In this document: piece by piece, positions 40,454-52,500 of the stretch | How positions within the stretch are numbered: the first letter of the stretch is position 1 | Layout: every line of letters begins with the position of its first letter | Source: an uncultured Clostridium sp. | GTDB lineage: Bacteria; Bacillota; Clostridia; TANB77; CAG-508 | Length of the DNA stretch: 64,000 bases | Reading direction: 5' to 3' | Assembly (NCBI GenBank): GCA_947367845.1 | Contig: CANBES010000001.1 | Span: forward strand, 36,437-100,436 | Position numbers and translations under genes: made by a program | Notes under the pieces: generated by a model | Database searches by the model: none | The model's input: the letters and a program-made list of their open reading frames with translations, nothing else | Told to the model about the DNA's origin: nothing

Positions 40454-41912
40454 TTAAAAATGTTTTCCTTTACCACGTCTTCTTGCTTTTGGTTTTTGTT
40501 CTTCATATTCTTCAACATATGATTTTCCAAATACTTCATCTAATTTTGGTTTTTCTTCAACTTGATTTTCATATTGATTATCAAAATCTTTTTCTTCTAT
40601 TGCATCGCTTTCGTAAGTACTTTCTTTATTATTTACTTGATTATAATATTGCTCATAACTTTGATCATAGTCTTCTTCATCATAATCTACACCAAATTCA
40701 CTTTCAAATTTTCTTCTTCTTTTTATTATTATGCAAGAAACTATAATTATTATTACTACAGCCACTGCTCCTGTTGCTACTGATATTATTAGCCATTTCC
40801 TTTCTTCAGAATTATTATTTTCTTTTTGCTCATTATCTTGTTGTGCAACCATTACTTTTTTTACAGTTATTTTATATTCCACAGTCTCTTCTGTTTCTTC
40901 GTCTGTAACTGTTATTGTAATTACATTTTCTCCTTCTTTTAAGTCTTCATTTCCTGTTATTTCTACTTTTGCATTTTCTCTGTTTGCAATTGCTGTAAGT
41001 GGAATTTCAGTTAAGTCTTCTTTTAGTTCTATTGTATATTCATATATGTCTGTTTTAAATTCTGGGTTTAAGTATATTTCGTGTTCTTCGTCTATTGCTA
41101 TTGATAACAATCCTAATACATCTTCTTCGTTTTCTTCCGGATTTTCTGTTCCTGTTTGTTCGTTGTTTTCTTCATCTTGATTATTTTCGTCAATCACATT
41201 TGGTGTTACTTCTTCATCTTTTCCTGCTTGTCTTGCTACATATATTGTATATGTGTTTGTTGTCTTACCATCTGGCGCTGTTACTGTTACTGTTATTCTA
41301 TTTGTTCCTACTTGTAGGTTATTGTATGCTCCACTTACTGAGTATTTTGCACCTTGTGCTTGTACTTTTGCATATACTTGTACTGATGTTACATTATTTG
41401 GTACTGTTGCATTATATGTTGTTGTACTTGATTTAAATCCTGTGAAATCGTTTGGTGTTATTCCTAAGTTTGATAGTTTCGCATTGTTTGATGCAGTGGT
41501 AGTTGAAGTGCTTCCGCTATTATTACTAGTGCTTCCGTTATTCCCTGAGTTCCCACTATTAAAACTTACTGTTTTTGCACTTAAATTTACTTTTCCTCCA
41601 CTTTGGGTAGAAAGTGGATTTTGCGGTGTAATCGTAACTGTTGTTCCACTACCGAGTAGCTGTTACATTTACAGTTCCTGACGAATTTTCTAGCCATAAT
41701 TTATCTGTCGATAAATTTCCATTTGTACAACTAATATTAAATCTTCCTGTACAAGGTGTAGATACCGTAATTGTTGCTGTTTCTCCTGCATTCAAACTAC
41801 TTTTTGATGCTGATACTGAGAATGAATTTGCTTCAACTAATTTTGGTATTAATATTATAGCTATTGCAAAAAACATTGCTATTATAGCTTTATTTAAAAA
41901 AATTTTTTTCAT
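40454..41912 (-). pseudogene. Membrane-anchored surface protein with cadherin-like beta-sandwich domains, frameshifted near 41652-41663
   Basis: The signal-peptide ORF (41649-41912) continues in the +1 frame. It runs through two cadherin-like domains, an acidic linker, a TM segment and a basic tail. Confidence 0.5.
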
Positions 41913-41927
41913 TACTTTCTCCTAATT

Positions 41928-43439
41928 TTATTTCATTATTTCATTTTTTATTAGCATATAATCACTTGCTGTTATTTGTCCATCTCCATCATAATCAGCC
42001 CTGCTCTTTTGTTCTGTTGTTAATAAATTAACTTCCATTATATGATTTTTTATTAATACATAATCACTTGCTGTTATTTGTCCATCTCCATCAGCATCTC
42101 CTTTTACATTTGAAACAGGTGGATTAGGTTGTGTTTGCTCTCCATTTGGTTGATTTGGCACTTGATAAATATCAGTTTTTGTATTTACAGGTGTTAGATA
42201 ATCATTTATAACATATCCATCTATACCATTAACTCTAACTTTTGACCAACCACTATTATTTTCATTATAGTTTAACATCAATACTGGAGTATTTCTTTTT
42301 AAATATTGAATAGTCATAGCACCTGTGCCATATCCTGTTCTTATTGCTACATCTGAGTAATTAGAACTTATAAAATATAATGTACCGTCATTTGTTGTTA
42401 AACTACTTGGCAATTTTACATATGATGGCATATCTTTATAAACTGGAATTACAAATGTTAATTCATTATTTATCCATCCATTGTTTAAGTATTCATCAAA
42501 TAACATTTTAGCTTGATTTGTTGGGTCTTGTATGTTTGTCATATATTGATGCCAGTATAGTCCTGTTGAATTATCTGCTACTACATCAAATTTGAATGTA
42601 TATTTTGTGTTTTGTCCTACTTTTACATATGAATTTGCTATTAATTTTGCTCCTTCTATTAGTGCTGTTCTTGGTGAGTTCCACCCAGCTCTTGATGCAT
42701 ATGCTAATCCTCTTTGTGTATTTCCTTGTCCGTCTGACGCACCATAATTGAAGAAGTTATATGTATTTGGATATGTAGCATCTTTTCCATTTATCATACC
42801 TGGCAATTCTTTTCCCTTACCTAACTCTTGAAATATTTTTACTGTTATACTTAACGCATTTTCCCCTGATGCCTGTGCTGCATCATATATCATTTGTGCA
42901 TATGATACTCCATTTACGCTTCCTGCTAAGTATGTTCCTTGCACTGCTTTTTGTATTTGTTCAATTGGTATTACTGTTTGATTTGATAAGTCTAAGAATT
43001 GGAATATTGTTGTTTCTGTTAAAAAGTTTCTTGGGTCTAAATAGTAATTTACTATTCTCCTTGATGCACAATAATATCCTCTATCCCCTTGTTGTCCACA
43101 TGGGCAAAGCCATGAGCCATTACTTTGATATATTGTATTTCTTAAACACTTATTTTCATTATCTGAACTTGTTAGCTCATCCCAACTGATATCTGTGTAA
43201 AACGGTTTGAATTTCCAATTTGTATGTCCTGTGTCTTCAATTAGTTTGTTTAACATTATTTTATAGCTTTCTGGAAATGCGTCTATTCCATTATTGTTAT
43301 TGCTGTTTGCATTTATTGTTACTTGATTGTATGTTGATGCTTGTACTTTATTTGGTATTAAAAAGACTGTTAGATTAAATATTATTATTGATATTAATGT
43401 TGCTATGATTGCGTTTTTTAAGAATATTTTTTCTTTCAT
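41928..43439 (-). CDS. Secreted GH73 endo-beta-N-acetylglucosaminidase with SH3b domain and two type-I dockerin repeats
   Basis: Signal peptide, a glucosaminidase-like core (YYLDPRNFL...IFQFLDLS), and GDADGDGQITASDYVLIKNHI repeated twice. Confidence 0.6.
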   Translation of the reverse strand: MKEKIFLKNAIIATLISIIIFNLTVFLIPNKVQASTYNQVTINANSNNNNGIDAFPESYKIMLNKLIEDTGHTNWKFKPFYTDISWDELTSSDNENKCLRNTIYQSNGSWLCPCGQQGDRGYYCASRRIVNYYLDPRNFLTETTIFQFLDLSNQTVIPIEQIQKAVQGTYLAGSVNGVSYAQMIYDAAQASGENALSITVKIFQELGKGKELPGMINGKDATYPNTYNFFNYGASDGQGNTQRGLAYASRAGWNSPRTALIEGAKLIANSYVKVGQNTKYTFKFDVVADNSTGLYWHQYMTNIQDPTNQAKMLFDEYLNNGWINNELTFVIPVYKDMPSYVKLPSSLTTNDGTLYFISSNYSDVAIRTGYGTGAMTIQYLKRNTPVLMLNYNENNSGWSKVRVNGIDGYVINDYLTPVNTKTDIYQVPNQPNGEQTQPNPPVSNVKGDADGDGQITASDYVLIKNHIMEVNLLTTEQKSRADYDGDGQITASDYMLIKNEIMK

Positions 43440-43656
43440 CTTTTGCCTCCTTAATTTATCTCTTTTGTTACATATTTCGCCTTATTTTGCAATTTTAGTA
43501 TATCATTACTAGTTGAATTTGGCAATATTTATCGCATTTGTAATATAATTGTAATAATATTACATTATTATGTAACTTGTTATATATGTATTTCTTTTTT
43601 TATATCCTTATGTTATTATTTTAGTATACTATTTTTTATAGAAAGGAGGTGTGACT

Positions 43657-44571
43657 ATGGAAGATAAGAAACATGTAACAATAAGTTTAGGCACAGCTAT
43701 ATGTATGGTTATAATCTTTTTATTAGTAATAGCTCTTATATTTTTAGGACTATATACTTATGTTCTAAAAAATACTAATACACAAAAAAGCAATATATCT
43801 AGCAATACTGATGTTGCTGATGTTTCACAATCTACTACTGTTGATAGTCCTAAAAACGAAATTACAAAACCAGTTGAAAATGCTGGAACAGAATTAAATA
43901 TTAATGATAGTGTTGTTAAGACTTTGACTGATAAGATAGATTTTAATACAAATGCCAGAGCTAGTATTTATAAAGTTGGAAGTTTTAATTCAACTACTAT
44001 TCCTAATGATTTAATGTTAAAACTAGGTTGGGATAGTATAAAAAATAAACCACAAGTAAATGGTAATAATCCTCTTCCTAACGAAACTGTGACAAAAAGC
44101 GCAATGAGTCAAAGTATATCAAATATTTTCGGTTCTACAATAAATTACACTGATGCTTCTTTTACAGTTGTTGATGTTGAACCTTTTCACGGATACCGCG
44201 GATTGTTTGGCGATGCTGTAAATTATTCTAATAATACATATTCAATAGAACTTTTCCAAGGTGGTGGCGGCGATTGTCCGTTTATTCACGAACAAGTTAC
44301 TAAGGCTTTAAAATATAATAATAAAATAGAAGTTTATGTTAAAACTGCTTTTGTAGATACTAAATATGTTGAAAGTTCAGATAGTTTTCAATATATTCTT
44401 TATAAAGATTTTAATTTTGCTACAAATACTTTTGATAATCAATTATCAAAAATTGCTGCAACTCAAAAAATGCCAGAATTATCAAGTGATTTTAATACAT
44501 ATGTATACACATTTGATTTAGACGGTTCTAATGGAAACTACTATTTAAGTGGATTTAATATAGCAAAATAG
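43657..44571 (+). CDS. Membrane-anchored hypothetical protein
   Basis: RBS AGGAGG, an N-terminal TM, and an Asn/Ser/Thr-rich ectodomain. Confidence 0.4.
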   Translation: MEDKKHVTISLGTAICMVIIFLLVIALIFLGLYTYVLKNTNTQKSNISSNTDVADVSQSTTVDSPKNEITKPVENAGTELNINDSVVKTLTDKIDFNTNARASIYKVGSFNSTTIPNDLMLKLGWDSIKNKPQVNGNNPLPNETVTKSAMSQSISNIFGSTINYTDASFTVVDVEPFHGYRGLFGDAVNYSNNTYSIELFQGGGGDCPFIHEQVTKALKYNNKIEVYVKTAFVDTKYVESSDSFQYILYKDFNFATNTFDNQLSKIAATQKMPELSSDFNTYVYTFDLDGSNGNYYLSGFNIAK

Positions 44572-44675
44572 ATATTTAAACAATGGCAAAAAATCTGCCA
44601 AGAAGGTCCGTCCCTCTTGGCATTTTTATTTCTTTTGCTACATATTTTATGCTATTTTCTATATTTATTCGTTAC

Positions 44676-45623
44676 TTATTTATTATTCATCTCTTTTTTA
44701 TCATTATATTCATTGACTAAATACAATGGCCTATTCTTAGTTTCATTAAATATTCTTCCTAAATACTCTCCAATTATTCCAAATAACAATATTTGAACAC
44801 CTGAAAAGAATAAAATTAATAATATTATTGCTTGGAATGCTTGTATAGCTTCTTTTATTACAATAGCTTTGATAATTACATAAATAAAATATACAAATAA
44901 CATCATAAATGTTGGTATTGCAATAAAAGTTGATAATCTTAATGGTGAAGTTGTAAATGATGTTATTCCATCTATGGCTAAATCAAACAGTTTCATATAG
45001 TTCCATTTTGTTTTTCCCGCTACTCTTGGATCTCTATCATATAATACCTCTTTTTTCTTATATCCAATCCAACTAAACATACTTTTTGTATTTCTTTGAG
45101 ATTCTCTAAGTTTTTTAAGTGCATTTACACATCTTCTATCTAATAATCGAAAATCTCCCGTATCCCTTTGTATCTCTACTTTTGTTAAGTGTTGTAATAC
45201 TTTATAATACATTTTTGATGTGAATTTCTTTAGCCATGTTTCACCTTTTCTTGATTTTCTTTTCGCATACACATCGTCATATCCTTCTTCCCAGTATTTG
45301 ACTAGTTCAGGAATTAATTCTGGCGGATCTTGCAAATCAGCGTCCATAAATATTACACAATCACCTGTTGCATAGTCTAATCCTGCTATCATTGCAATTT
45401 CTTTTCCAAAGTTTCTAGAAAAGTCAACATAGCATATTCTTTGGTCTTTTTTTCTCATTTCTTTTATTTCTTCTAAAGTTTTGTCTTTGCTTCCGTCGTT
45501 TACAAATAATATTTCGAATTCATAATTTTTCATAGAATTCATCAATTTTTCTATTCTTTCATATAGTATTGGTAAAGATTCCTCTTCATTATATGCTGGT
45601 ATTATTATACTTATTTTTTTCAT
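44676..45623 (-). CDS. GtrB-like polyprenyl-phosphate glycosyltransferase (GT2)
   Basis: N-terminal GT2 domain (SIIIPAYNEE, DAD motif) and two C-terminal TM helices. Confidence 0.7.
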   Translation of the reverse strand: MKKISIIIPAYNEEESLPILYERIEKLMNSMKNYEFEILFVNDGSKDKTLEEIKEMRKKDQRICYVDFSRNFGKEIAMIAGLDYATGDCVIFMDADLQDPPELIPELVKYWEEGYDDVYAKRKSRKGETWLKKFTSKMYYKVLQHLTKVEIQRDTGDFRLLDRRCVNALKKLRESQRNTKSMFSWIGYKKKEVLYDRDPRVAGKTKWNYMKLFDLAIDGITSFTTSPLRLSTFIAIPTFMMLFVYFIYVIIKAIVIKEAIQAFQAIILLILFFSGVQILLFGIIGEYLGRIFNETKNRPLYLVNEYNDKKEMNNK

Positions 45624-45647
45624 TTTTATTGCCTTTCTTTTCTATTT

Positions 45648-46067
45648 TCATTTTTTACTTTTAAAAGCAAAAAATTTGCTTATGAAGAAATTTAAAATAA
45701 CAATTATAACTGTAATAGCTAATTTACTTATCATTTCTGGAATTGGTGTTAAAAATAATAATGCTCCTGCTAAAAATTCTATTCCCATAGTAAATGCTCT
45801 TCCTATCATAAATTTTAAAAATTCATTTAACTTTTCTTTTATTGATTTTGCTTCTGAATGAAATACTAAATCTTTATTTGTTACATAAGCTACTAGTACT
45901 GCCAATATTATGGCTATAAAATTTGCCAAATTTTCATTCCAGTTTAATATTGAAGTCATTATATAAAATGAGCCTAAATTTACAACTGTTGTTAAAATTC
46001 CAAATACAATATATAAAATAACTTCTTTTGTTAGTATCTTTTTTATTAACTCTTTTATTTTTTCCAT
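45648..46067 (-). CDS. GtrA-family membrane protein
   Basis: 139 aa, 4 TM, directly upstream of the GtrB-like gene. Confidence 0.6.
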   Translation of the reverse strand: MEKIKELIKKILTKEVILYIVFGILTTVVNLGSFYIMTSILNWNENLANFIAIILAVLVAYVTNKDLVFHSEAKSIKEKLNEFLKFMIGRAFTMGIEFLAGALLFLTPIPEMISKLAITVIIVILNFFISKFFAFKSKK

Positions 46068-46068
46068 T

Positions 46069-47037
46069 TTACTCTAACCATTCTGGATTTGCTAAATACC
46101 AGTCAATAGTTTTAACAATTCCATCTTCAAATTTTGTTTTTGGAAGCCAACCTAATTCTTTACTTATCTTAGTTGGGTCAATTGCATATCTGTAGTCATG
46201 GCCCTTTCTATCCTCTACATGTTGGATTAAATCTTCTGATTTTCCTAATCTTTGTAGAATTAGTTTTACTATTTCAATATTTCTTTTTTCATTGTGTCCA
46301 CCAATGCAATATCTTTCACCAGAAACTCCATTGTGGAATACTAAGTCGATTGCTTCGCAATGGTCTTCTACATATAACCAATCTCTAATGTTTAATCCTT
46401 CTCCATATACTGGTAGTTTTTCATCTTTTAGAGCTAGTTTAATCATATGTGGTATCAATTTTTCGTTATGTTGGTATGGTCCATAGTTGTTTGAACAGTT
46501 TGTTACATTTACATTCATTTTATATGTTTCTTTATATGCAAGTGCAATTAGGTCTGAACTTGCTTTTGATGATGAATATGGGCTACTTGGTTTTATTGGT
46601 GATTTTTCTGTAAAGTATCCGTCTTCTTTTAATGAACCAAATACTTCATCTGTTGATATATGTACAAATTTGTTTGGACTTCCTTCTCCCCATACTTGTT
46701 TTGCTGCTTCTAATAGTGTGTGTGTTCCTATTACGTTTGTTTGTGTGAATACAAATGGATTTTTTATACTGTTATCAACGTGTGATTCTGCTGCAAAGTG
46801 AATTACTCCATTGATATCATATTTTTTGAATAAGTCTAATACGAATTCAAAGTCGCATATGTCTCCTTGTACAAATGTTATTTTATCCATTACTTTTTTT
46901 AAATTATCCATATTTCCTGCATATGTTAATTTGTCTAATACAACTACATTGTAGTCTGGATGTTTGTTTACAAAATATTCTGCAAAGTTTGCTCCTATGA
47001 AACCTGCTGCTCCTGTTACTAATACATTTTTACTCAT
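46069..47037 (-). CDS. rfbB: dTDP-glucose 4,6-dehydratase
   Basis: TGAAGFIG Rossmann motif and YSSSK catalytic motif. Confidence 0.85.
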   Translation of the reverse strand: MSKNVLVTGAAGFIGANFAEYFVNKHPDYNVVVLDKLTYAGNMDNLKKVMDKITFVQGDICDFEFVLDLFKKYDINGVIHFAAESHVDNSIKNPFVFTQTNVIGTHTLLEAAKQVWGEGSPNKFVHISTDEVFGSLKEDGYFTEKSPIKPSSPYSSSKASSDLIALAYKETYKMNVNVTNCSNNYGPYQHNEKLIPHMIKLALKDEKLPVYGEGLNIRDWLYVEDHCEAIDLVFHNGVSGERYCIGGHNEKRNIEIVKLILQRLGKSEDLIQHVEDRKGHDYRYAIDPTKISKELGWLPKTKFEDGIVKTIDWYLANPEWLE

Positions 47038-47052
47038 TTTTCTTTACCTTCC

Positions 47053-47634
47053 TTATTTTAAATTTTCGAATAAATTTGTTTTTCTTAATTCTGCAAGTGA
47101 TGGCCATTTTGCATCTTTTTCAGATGTTAATAAATCCTCTTCTTTTAAGTCTCCCATAGGCCAATCAATTGCAACATCTTTATCATTCCAAGCAAGTCCA
47201 CCTTCTGCTTCGTGATTATAAACATCATCACATTTGTAAGTGAATTCTGCTTCATCTGATAATACTAAAAATCCATGTGCGAAACCTCTTGGTATCATAA
47301 ACATTTTCTTGTTTTCTTCTGAAAGTATAACACCTTCCCATTTTCCATATGTTTCGCTTCCTGGTCTTAGGTCTACTGCTACGTCAAAAACTTCGCCTTT
47401 TATTACTCTTACTAGTTTTGCTTGCGTGTTTTCTTTTTGAAAGTGTAGTCCTCTTAATACTCCTTTTTTTGACTTTGATTGGTTGTCTTGTACAAAGTCA
47501 TAGTTTAGCCCTAGTTCTTCAAAATCTGGTTTGCTGTATGTTTCCATGAAGTATCCTCTGTTATCTCCAAATACTGTTGGTTCTATTATACATACCCCTT
47601 CGATTGATGTATCTATTCTTTTAAATTTTCCCAT
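47053..47634 (-). CDS. rfbC: dTDP-4-dehydrorhamnose 3,5-epimerase
   Basis: RmlC cupin motifs (RGYFMETY, RGLHFQ). Confidence 0.85.
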   Translation of the reverse strand: MGKFKRIDTSIEGVCIIEPTVFGDNRGYFMETYSKPDFEELGLNYDFVQDNQSKSKKGVLRGLHFQKENTQAKLVRVIKGEVFDVAVDLRPGSETYGKWEGVILSEENKKMFMIPRGFAHGFLVLSDEAEFTYKCDDVYNHEAEGGLAWNDKDVAIDWPMGDLKEEDLLTSEKDAKWPSLAELRKTNLFENLK

Positions 47635-47653
47635 TATTCTTTACCTACCTTTT

Positions 47654-48529
47654 TTATTCTTCTGCTAATTCTTTTAAATATTTTCCGTATTCTGTTTTCA
47701 TATAAACCTTAGATAATTCTGATAGTTGTTCTTTTGTTATCCAGCCTTGTTTATAAGCTAGTTCTTCTGGACAACATACTTGTACGCCTTGTCTTTTTTG
47801 AATTGTTTGTACAAAGCTTGCTGTTTCTAAAAGAGCATCATGTGTTCCTGTATCGAACCATGCTGTACCTCTTTCTAATTTTTCTACTTTTAGCTTTCCT
47901 AGTTTCATATATTCATCATTTATAGATGTTATTTCTAATTCTCCTCTTGCTGATGGTTCTATTGTTTTTGCTATTTTTACTACTTCGTTTGTGTAGAAGT
48001 ATAAACCTGGTACTGCATAATTTGATTTTGGTTTTTCTGGTTTTTCTTCTATTGATACTGCTTTTCCATTTTCGTCTATCTCTACTACTCCATATGCTCT
48101 TGGGTCTTTTACGTAATATCCAAATATTGTTGACTCGTTTTCTCTTTCACTTGCTCTTTTTAATATTTCTGGTAAGTTTGCTCCATAAAACATGTTGTCC
48201 CCTAATATCATAACAACATTGTCATTACCTATAAATTCTTCTCCTATTATAAAGGCTTCTGCTAGTCCATTTGGTTTTTCTTGTATTGCATATTCAAATT
48301 TCATTCCCCATTGTGAGCCATCTCCTAATAGAGCTTTAAATGTCACAACATCTCTTGGTGTTGATATTATTAATATTTCTTTTACTCCCGCTTCCATTAA
48401 TACTGATATTGGGTAATATATCATTGGCTTGTCATATACAGGCATTATTTGTTTTGATATTGCTATTGTTAGTGGATATAATCTTGTTCCACTTCCCCCT
48501 GCTAATATTATCCCTTTTCTGTTTTTCAT
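47654..48529 (-). CDS. rfbA: Glucose-1-phosphate thymidylyltransferase
   Basis: [16 protein letters not shown]. Confidence 0.85.
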   Translation of the reverse strand: MKNRKGIILAGGSGTRLYPLTIAISKQIMPVYDKPMIYYPISVLMEAGVKEILIISTPRDVVTFKALLGDGSQWGMKFEYAIQEKPNGLAEAFIIGEEFIGNDNVVMILGDNMFYGANLPEILKRASERENESTIFGYYVKDPRAYGVVEIDENGKAVSIEEKPEKPKSNYAVPGLYFYTNEVVKIAKTIEPSARGELEITSINDEYMKLGKLKVEKLERGTAWFDTGTHDALLETASFVQTIQKRQGVQVCCPEELAYKQGWITKEQLSELSKVYMKTEYGKYLKELAEE

Positions 48530-49399
48530 TTATTGTTCAGTCCTTTCTTCTTCTAAATATCTATCTAGTCCATCTTCCCAATTTGGAACTTCAATTCCCT
48601 GAGCTAATAATTTGCTTTTTGATAATTGTGAGTTAAATGGTCTTTTTGCTTGTGTTATTTTCATCATTTCTATATATTCTTCTGTTGTTACTGGATTTAC
48701 TTTACATTGAATATTTTGTTTTTCAAGTATTACTTTTGTAAAATCATACCAAGTTGTATATCCTTGGTTTGTTGCATGATATACTCCATATGGTATTTTC
48801 TTTTCTATTGCTTGATATATTATTTCTGTTAAATCTTTTGCATATGTTGGGCTTCCGTGTTGGTCAGCTACTACATTTATTTCATCTCTACTAGAACCTA
48901 ATTTTGTCATTGTTTTTACAAAATTATTTCCGCCTATTCCATATAACCATGCTGTTCTAAATATGTAGTATTCTTCCATATTTTTTTCTATGCCTTCTTC
49001 TCCATGTAATTTTGTTATTCCATATGCTGTTACTGGTGCTTTTGCATCATCTTCTTTATAGTCTTTTGAAACTTCTAAATCTCCACCAAATACATAGTCT
49101 GTTGATATGTGTACTAGTTTTGCTCCTACTTTTTTTGCAGCTTTTGCTAAGTTTGTTGGTCCTTCTCCATTTATTTTTTCTACTATTTCTCCTGCTGTTT
49201 CTGCTTTATCTACTGCTGTAAATGCGGCACAATTTATTATGTATTCTGGTTTTGTTTCTTCTACAAATTTTTCTACCGCTTCTTCGTTTGTTATATCTAA
49301 GTCCGCAACGTCTGTGCATATTAATTCGTTTTCTTTTTCAAATTTTTCTTTTACTTCTTTTGCAAGCATTCCGTTTGCACCTGTTATTAATATTCTCAT
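48530..49399 (-). CDS. rfbD: dTDP-4-dehydrorhamnose reductase
   Basis: MRILITGANGMLAKEV, RmlD family. The ORF extends 6 codons further upstream. Confidence 0.8.
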   Translation of the reverse strand: MRILITGANGMLAKEVKEKFEKENELICTDVADLDITNEEAVEKFVEETKPEYIINCAAFTAVDKAETAGEIVEKINGEGPTNLAKAAKKVGAKLVHISTDYVFGGDLEVSKDYKEDDAKAPVTAYGITKLHGEEGIEKNMEEYYIFRTAWLYGIGGNNFVKTMTKLGSSRDEINVVADQHGSPTYAKDLTEIIYQAIEKKIPYGVYHATNQGYTTWYDFTKVILEKQNIQCKVNPVTTEEYIEMMKITQAKRPFNSQLSKSKLLAQGIEVPNWEDGLDRYLEEERTEQ

Positions 49400-49446
49400 T
49401 GTTACACTTCCTTTCAATTTTTACGCCCTTATCATATCATTTAAAT

Positions 49447-49477
49447 AAAAAAAGTACAAGGGGTTCTTGTACTTTTT
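49447..49477 (-). terminator. Rho-independent (bidirectional) terminator downstream of lectin-GH73 gene
   Basis: AAAAAAGTACAAGgggttCTTGTACTTTTTT. Confidence 0.5.
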
Positions 49478-49500
49478 TATCTTTATATTCAAGTATTTTA

Positions 49501-52500
49501 TTACTTTCTAGGTACTGGGCAGTCTTCTTGTGGCATATTTTCATATATAGGAATCGTAAATGTAAAGCTACTTTCTAATAATCCACTATCACGATATGAT
49601 CTATATATTGTATTTCCCTCATCATTTGCTGCCCTAATATTTGTCATATATTGATGCTCGTGAAATGGTTCTGTTACAACATTATACTTTTGAAAATATA
49701 ATGTTGATTGTCCTACCGCAATATAATTACGCTTCAAAAATTCAGCTCCACCAATAATGCATAATTCTGGTGTAAACCAACTTCTTTCATATGCATATTT
49801 TGCTCCTTGCTCAAAAGCATTTTCTCCATATACATTAATATTAAACAAATTATATACTTTCGTTCCATTATAGTCATATCCGTTCATAGTTCCGTCTTCC
49901 GTCTCTTCCTTGTTCTTGAATAATTCTAGAAACTATATGGAATGGACTTATTTTTTCTTTCTGTGCTACAGTTATTAAACTATCAATAATTGAATTTGTA
50001 TCCAAAAATGTTCCTGCGACCATTTTCTTGATATCTTCTCTCGTTCCTGATGCTGAAGATAAATCTTGAAATTGAAAAATATAATCTTCGTCTAGACTAT
50101 TCCTTGGGTCCATCATATATTCAATAGCTTGCCTAGATGCTTTATACCATCCTGGTTCATATTGATTGTTATCATATTCATCTTTCCATGCTTGATTTCT
50201 ATTTACCCATACATATTCAACTAGACTTTTAGTGCTATTTTGATTATTTATTGCTGTGTTCCAATCCATTCCTGTATTATATATATTCAGTTTCCACGTT
50301 GGATGTTGTATTTGTAATTCTCGTAGTTTTTCCTTATAGCCTGGATACTTTGCTTCATCTATGCTTGAAAAATCACTTATAAATACAAACTTTTTAAATT
50401 TGAATTCTTGTGCATTCGTATTATTTTTTTCATATACTTGTATATTTGTTCCATTTGATGTGCTTCCACCAGTTAAATCTAAATACAAACCTGTACTTTT
50501 TGATTTAACTAAGAAATATCCGTCATTTCCTACTTCGATTTGCCATTGTTGGTTATCTGCACCTGTATATGTATTTTGTCTTACATTAGTTCCTTTAACT
50601 GTTAATACTTGTTTTGTTTTTGAGCTAACTATCTTATAATATTTATTTCCTAAATATTCTAGTGAAAATTTTTGATTACTTGTTGAATGGTTTGCTTCCC
50701 AAATTTGTACATTTGAGCTTGCTAAATCTACATCAACTTGCATATTCTGGTCTTTAGAAATTGCTATTTCATATATATCTTCTTCTAGTGGCTTTACTTC
50801 TTCGAATTTGAATTTTTGTCCGTTTGTTTGATTTCCACTATAGATTTGTATATTTGCTCCATTTACACCTTGTCCACCTGCTACATCTAAATAAGCATCT
50901 GCTCCTATAGATAAGACATAGAAATATCCGTTTCCAACATCTTGTAAAACCCATTTTTGATATTCTGTACCATTTGATTCATATTGATGTACATTTGTAC
51001 CATCAGCATCTCTTCCTCCTGATACATCTAATACTTTGCCTGAATTTACTGATTTTATTTCATAATATCCTTCTTCCATGTATGTAACTTGGAATTTCTT
51101 TTGTTGTACAATTCCACCATCCCAAATTTGTACATTTGCTCGGTTTGATGTACTTCCATCAACTATGTCTAATGACATTTTTTCATTAAGTGCTGTACTT
51201 ATTCTATATACTCCACTTTCTAAAACTTCCTCACATGTTGCTTTTTCTACTTTTTTAAATATGAATTTTTGCGCTGAACTTCCATTGCCTTCATATAGTT
51301 GTATATTAGCTCCATTTGCTATATTCCCGCCATATACATCCATATATAATCCATTTAGTTTTGATACAATAGAATATGTATTATCTCCATTGTCTTTTAT
51401 AATCCACTTTTGTCTATCACTGTCGTTTCTTTCATATTGTTGTACATTTGTACCATCTTTCATTCCTGAATTTGCAGCTTCTAGTGCTTTGTTTGAGTGT
51501 TGTGCTACTATTTCGTAGAATCCATCACCTTGATAAGTAACTTCGAATCTTTGATTTTTACTTACCACTTCTGATTCTTTCCATAATTGTACGTTTCCGC
51601 CATTTTCTTTTGAAGAACTTGCTATATCTAGTCCTATTGTTTCGTTTGATTTTGTTTTTATTTCATATACACCATCTTCTATTGTTTTCTCTCCAACTAG
51701 CTCTTTTAATTCTATAAGTTCAAATTTTTGAGCATTTGTACCATTTCCTTCATATAGACCAACTCTTGCTCCGTTGCACGCGTTTGCTCCTGCTATATCA
51801 AGGTATAATCCATTACATTTAGATATAATGTTGAAATATCCATCTTCTGTTCTTTTTATTATCCATTGTTGTGCTTCACTTCCATTGCTGTCATATTGTT
51901 GTATTAATGTTCCATTTACATTTGATGCTCCTGGTACATCAAATACTTTTCCTGAATGTTTTGCTGTAATTGTATAACATCCATTTCCTATGCTTGTTAT
52001 TTGAAATTTTTGATTATCTGTTAAATCTTCTGGATTTGGTTTTTCCCATATTTGTATTTTTGCTTGATTTTGCATAGAAACATCTACTACGTCAAATACC
52101 ATTATAGGATTTAATGCTGTACTTAGATAATAAGTACCTTCATTTATAACATCTCCAACTATTTCTTCTGGTTTATCAACTTCTACAAGTTCAAATTTTT
52201 GTGCTTGTGAGCCATTTCCTTCGTATAGGTTAATTCTTACTCCATTACTTGCATTCGCTCCTGGTATATCAATATATAATCCGTTACATTTTGATATAAT
52301 ATTAAAATATCCATCTGCTGTTCTTTTTATTACCCATTGTTGTGCATCACTTCCGTTACTGTCATATTGTTGTACTAAAGTTCCATTTGCTGTTCCTGCT
52401 CCTGGTACATCTAATACTTTTCCTGAATGTTTTGCTTCTATTGTATAATATCCATTTCCTATACTTGTTATTTGAAATTTTTGATTATCAGTTAAATCTT

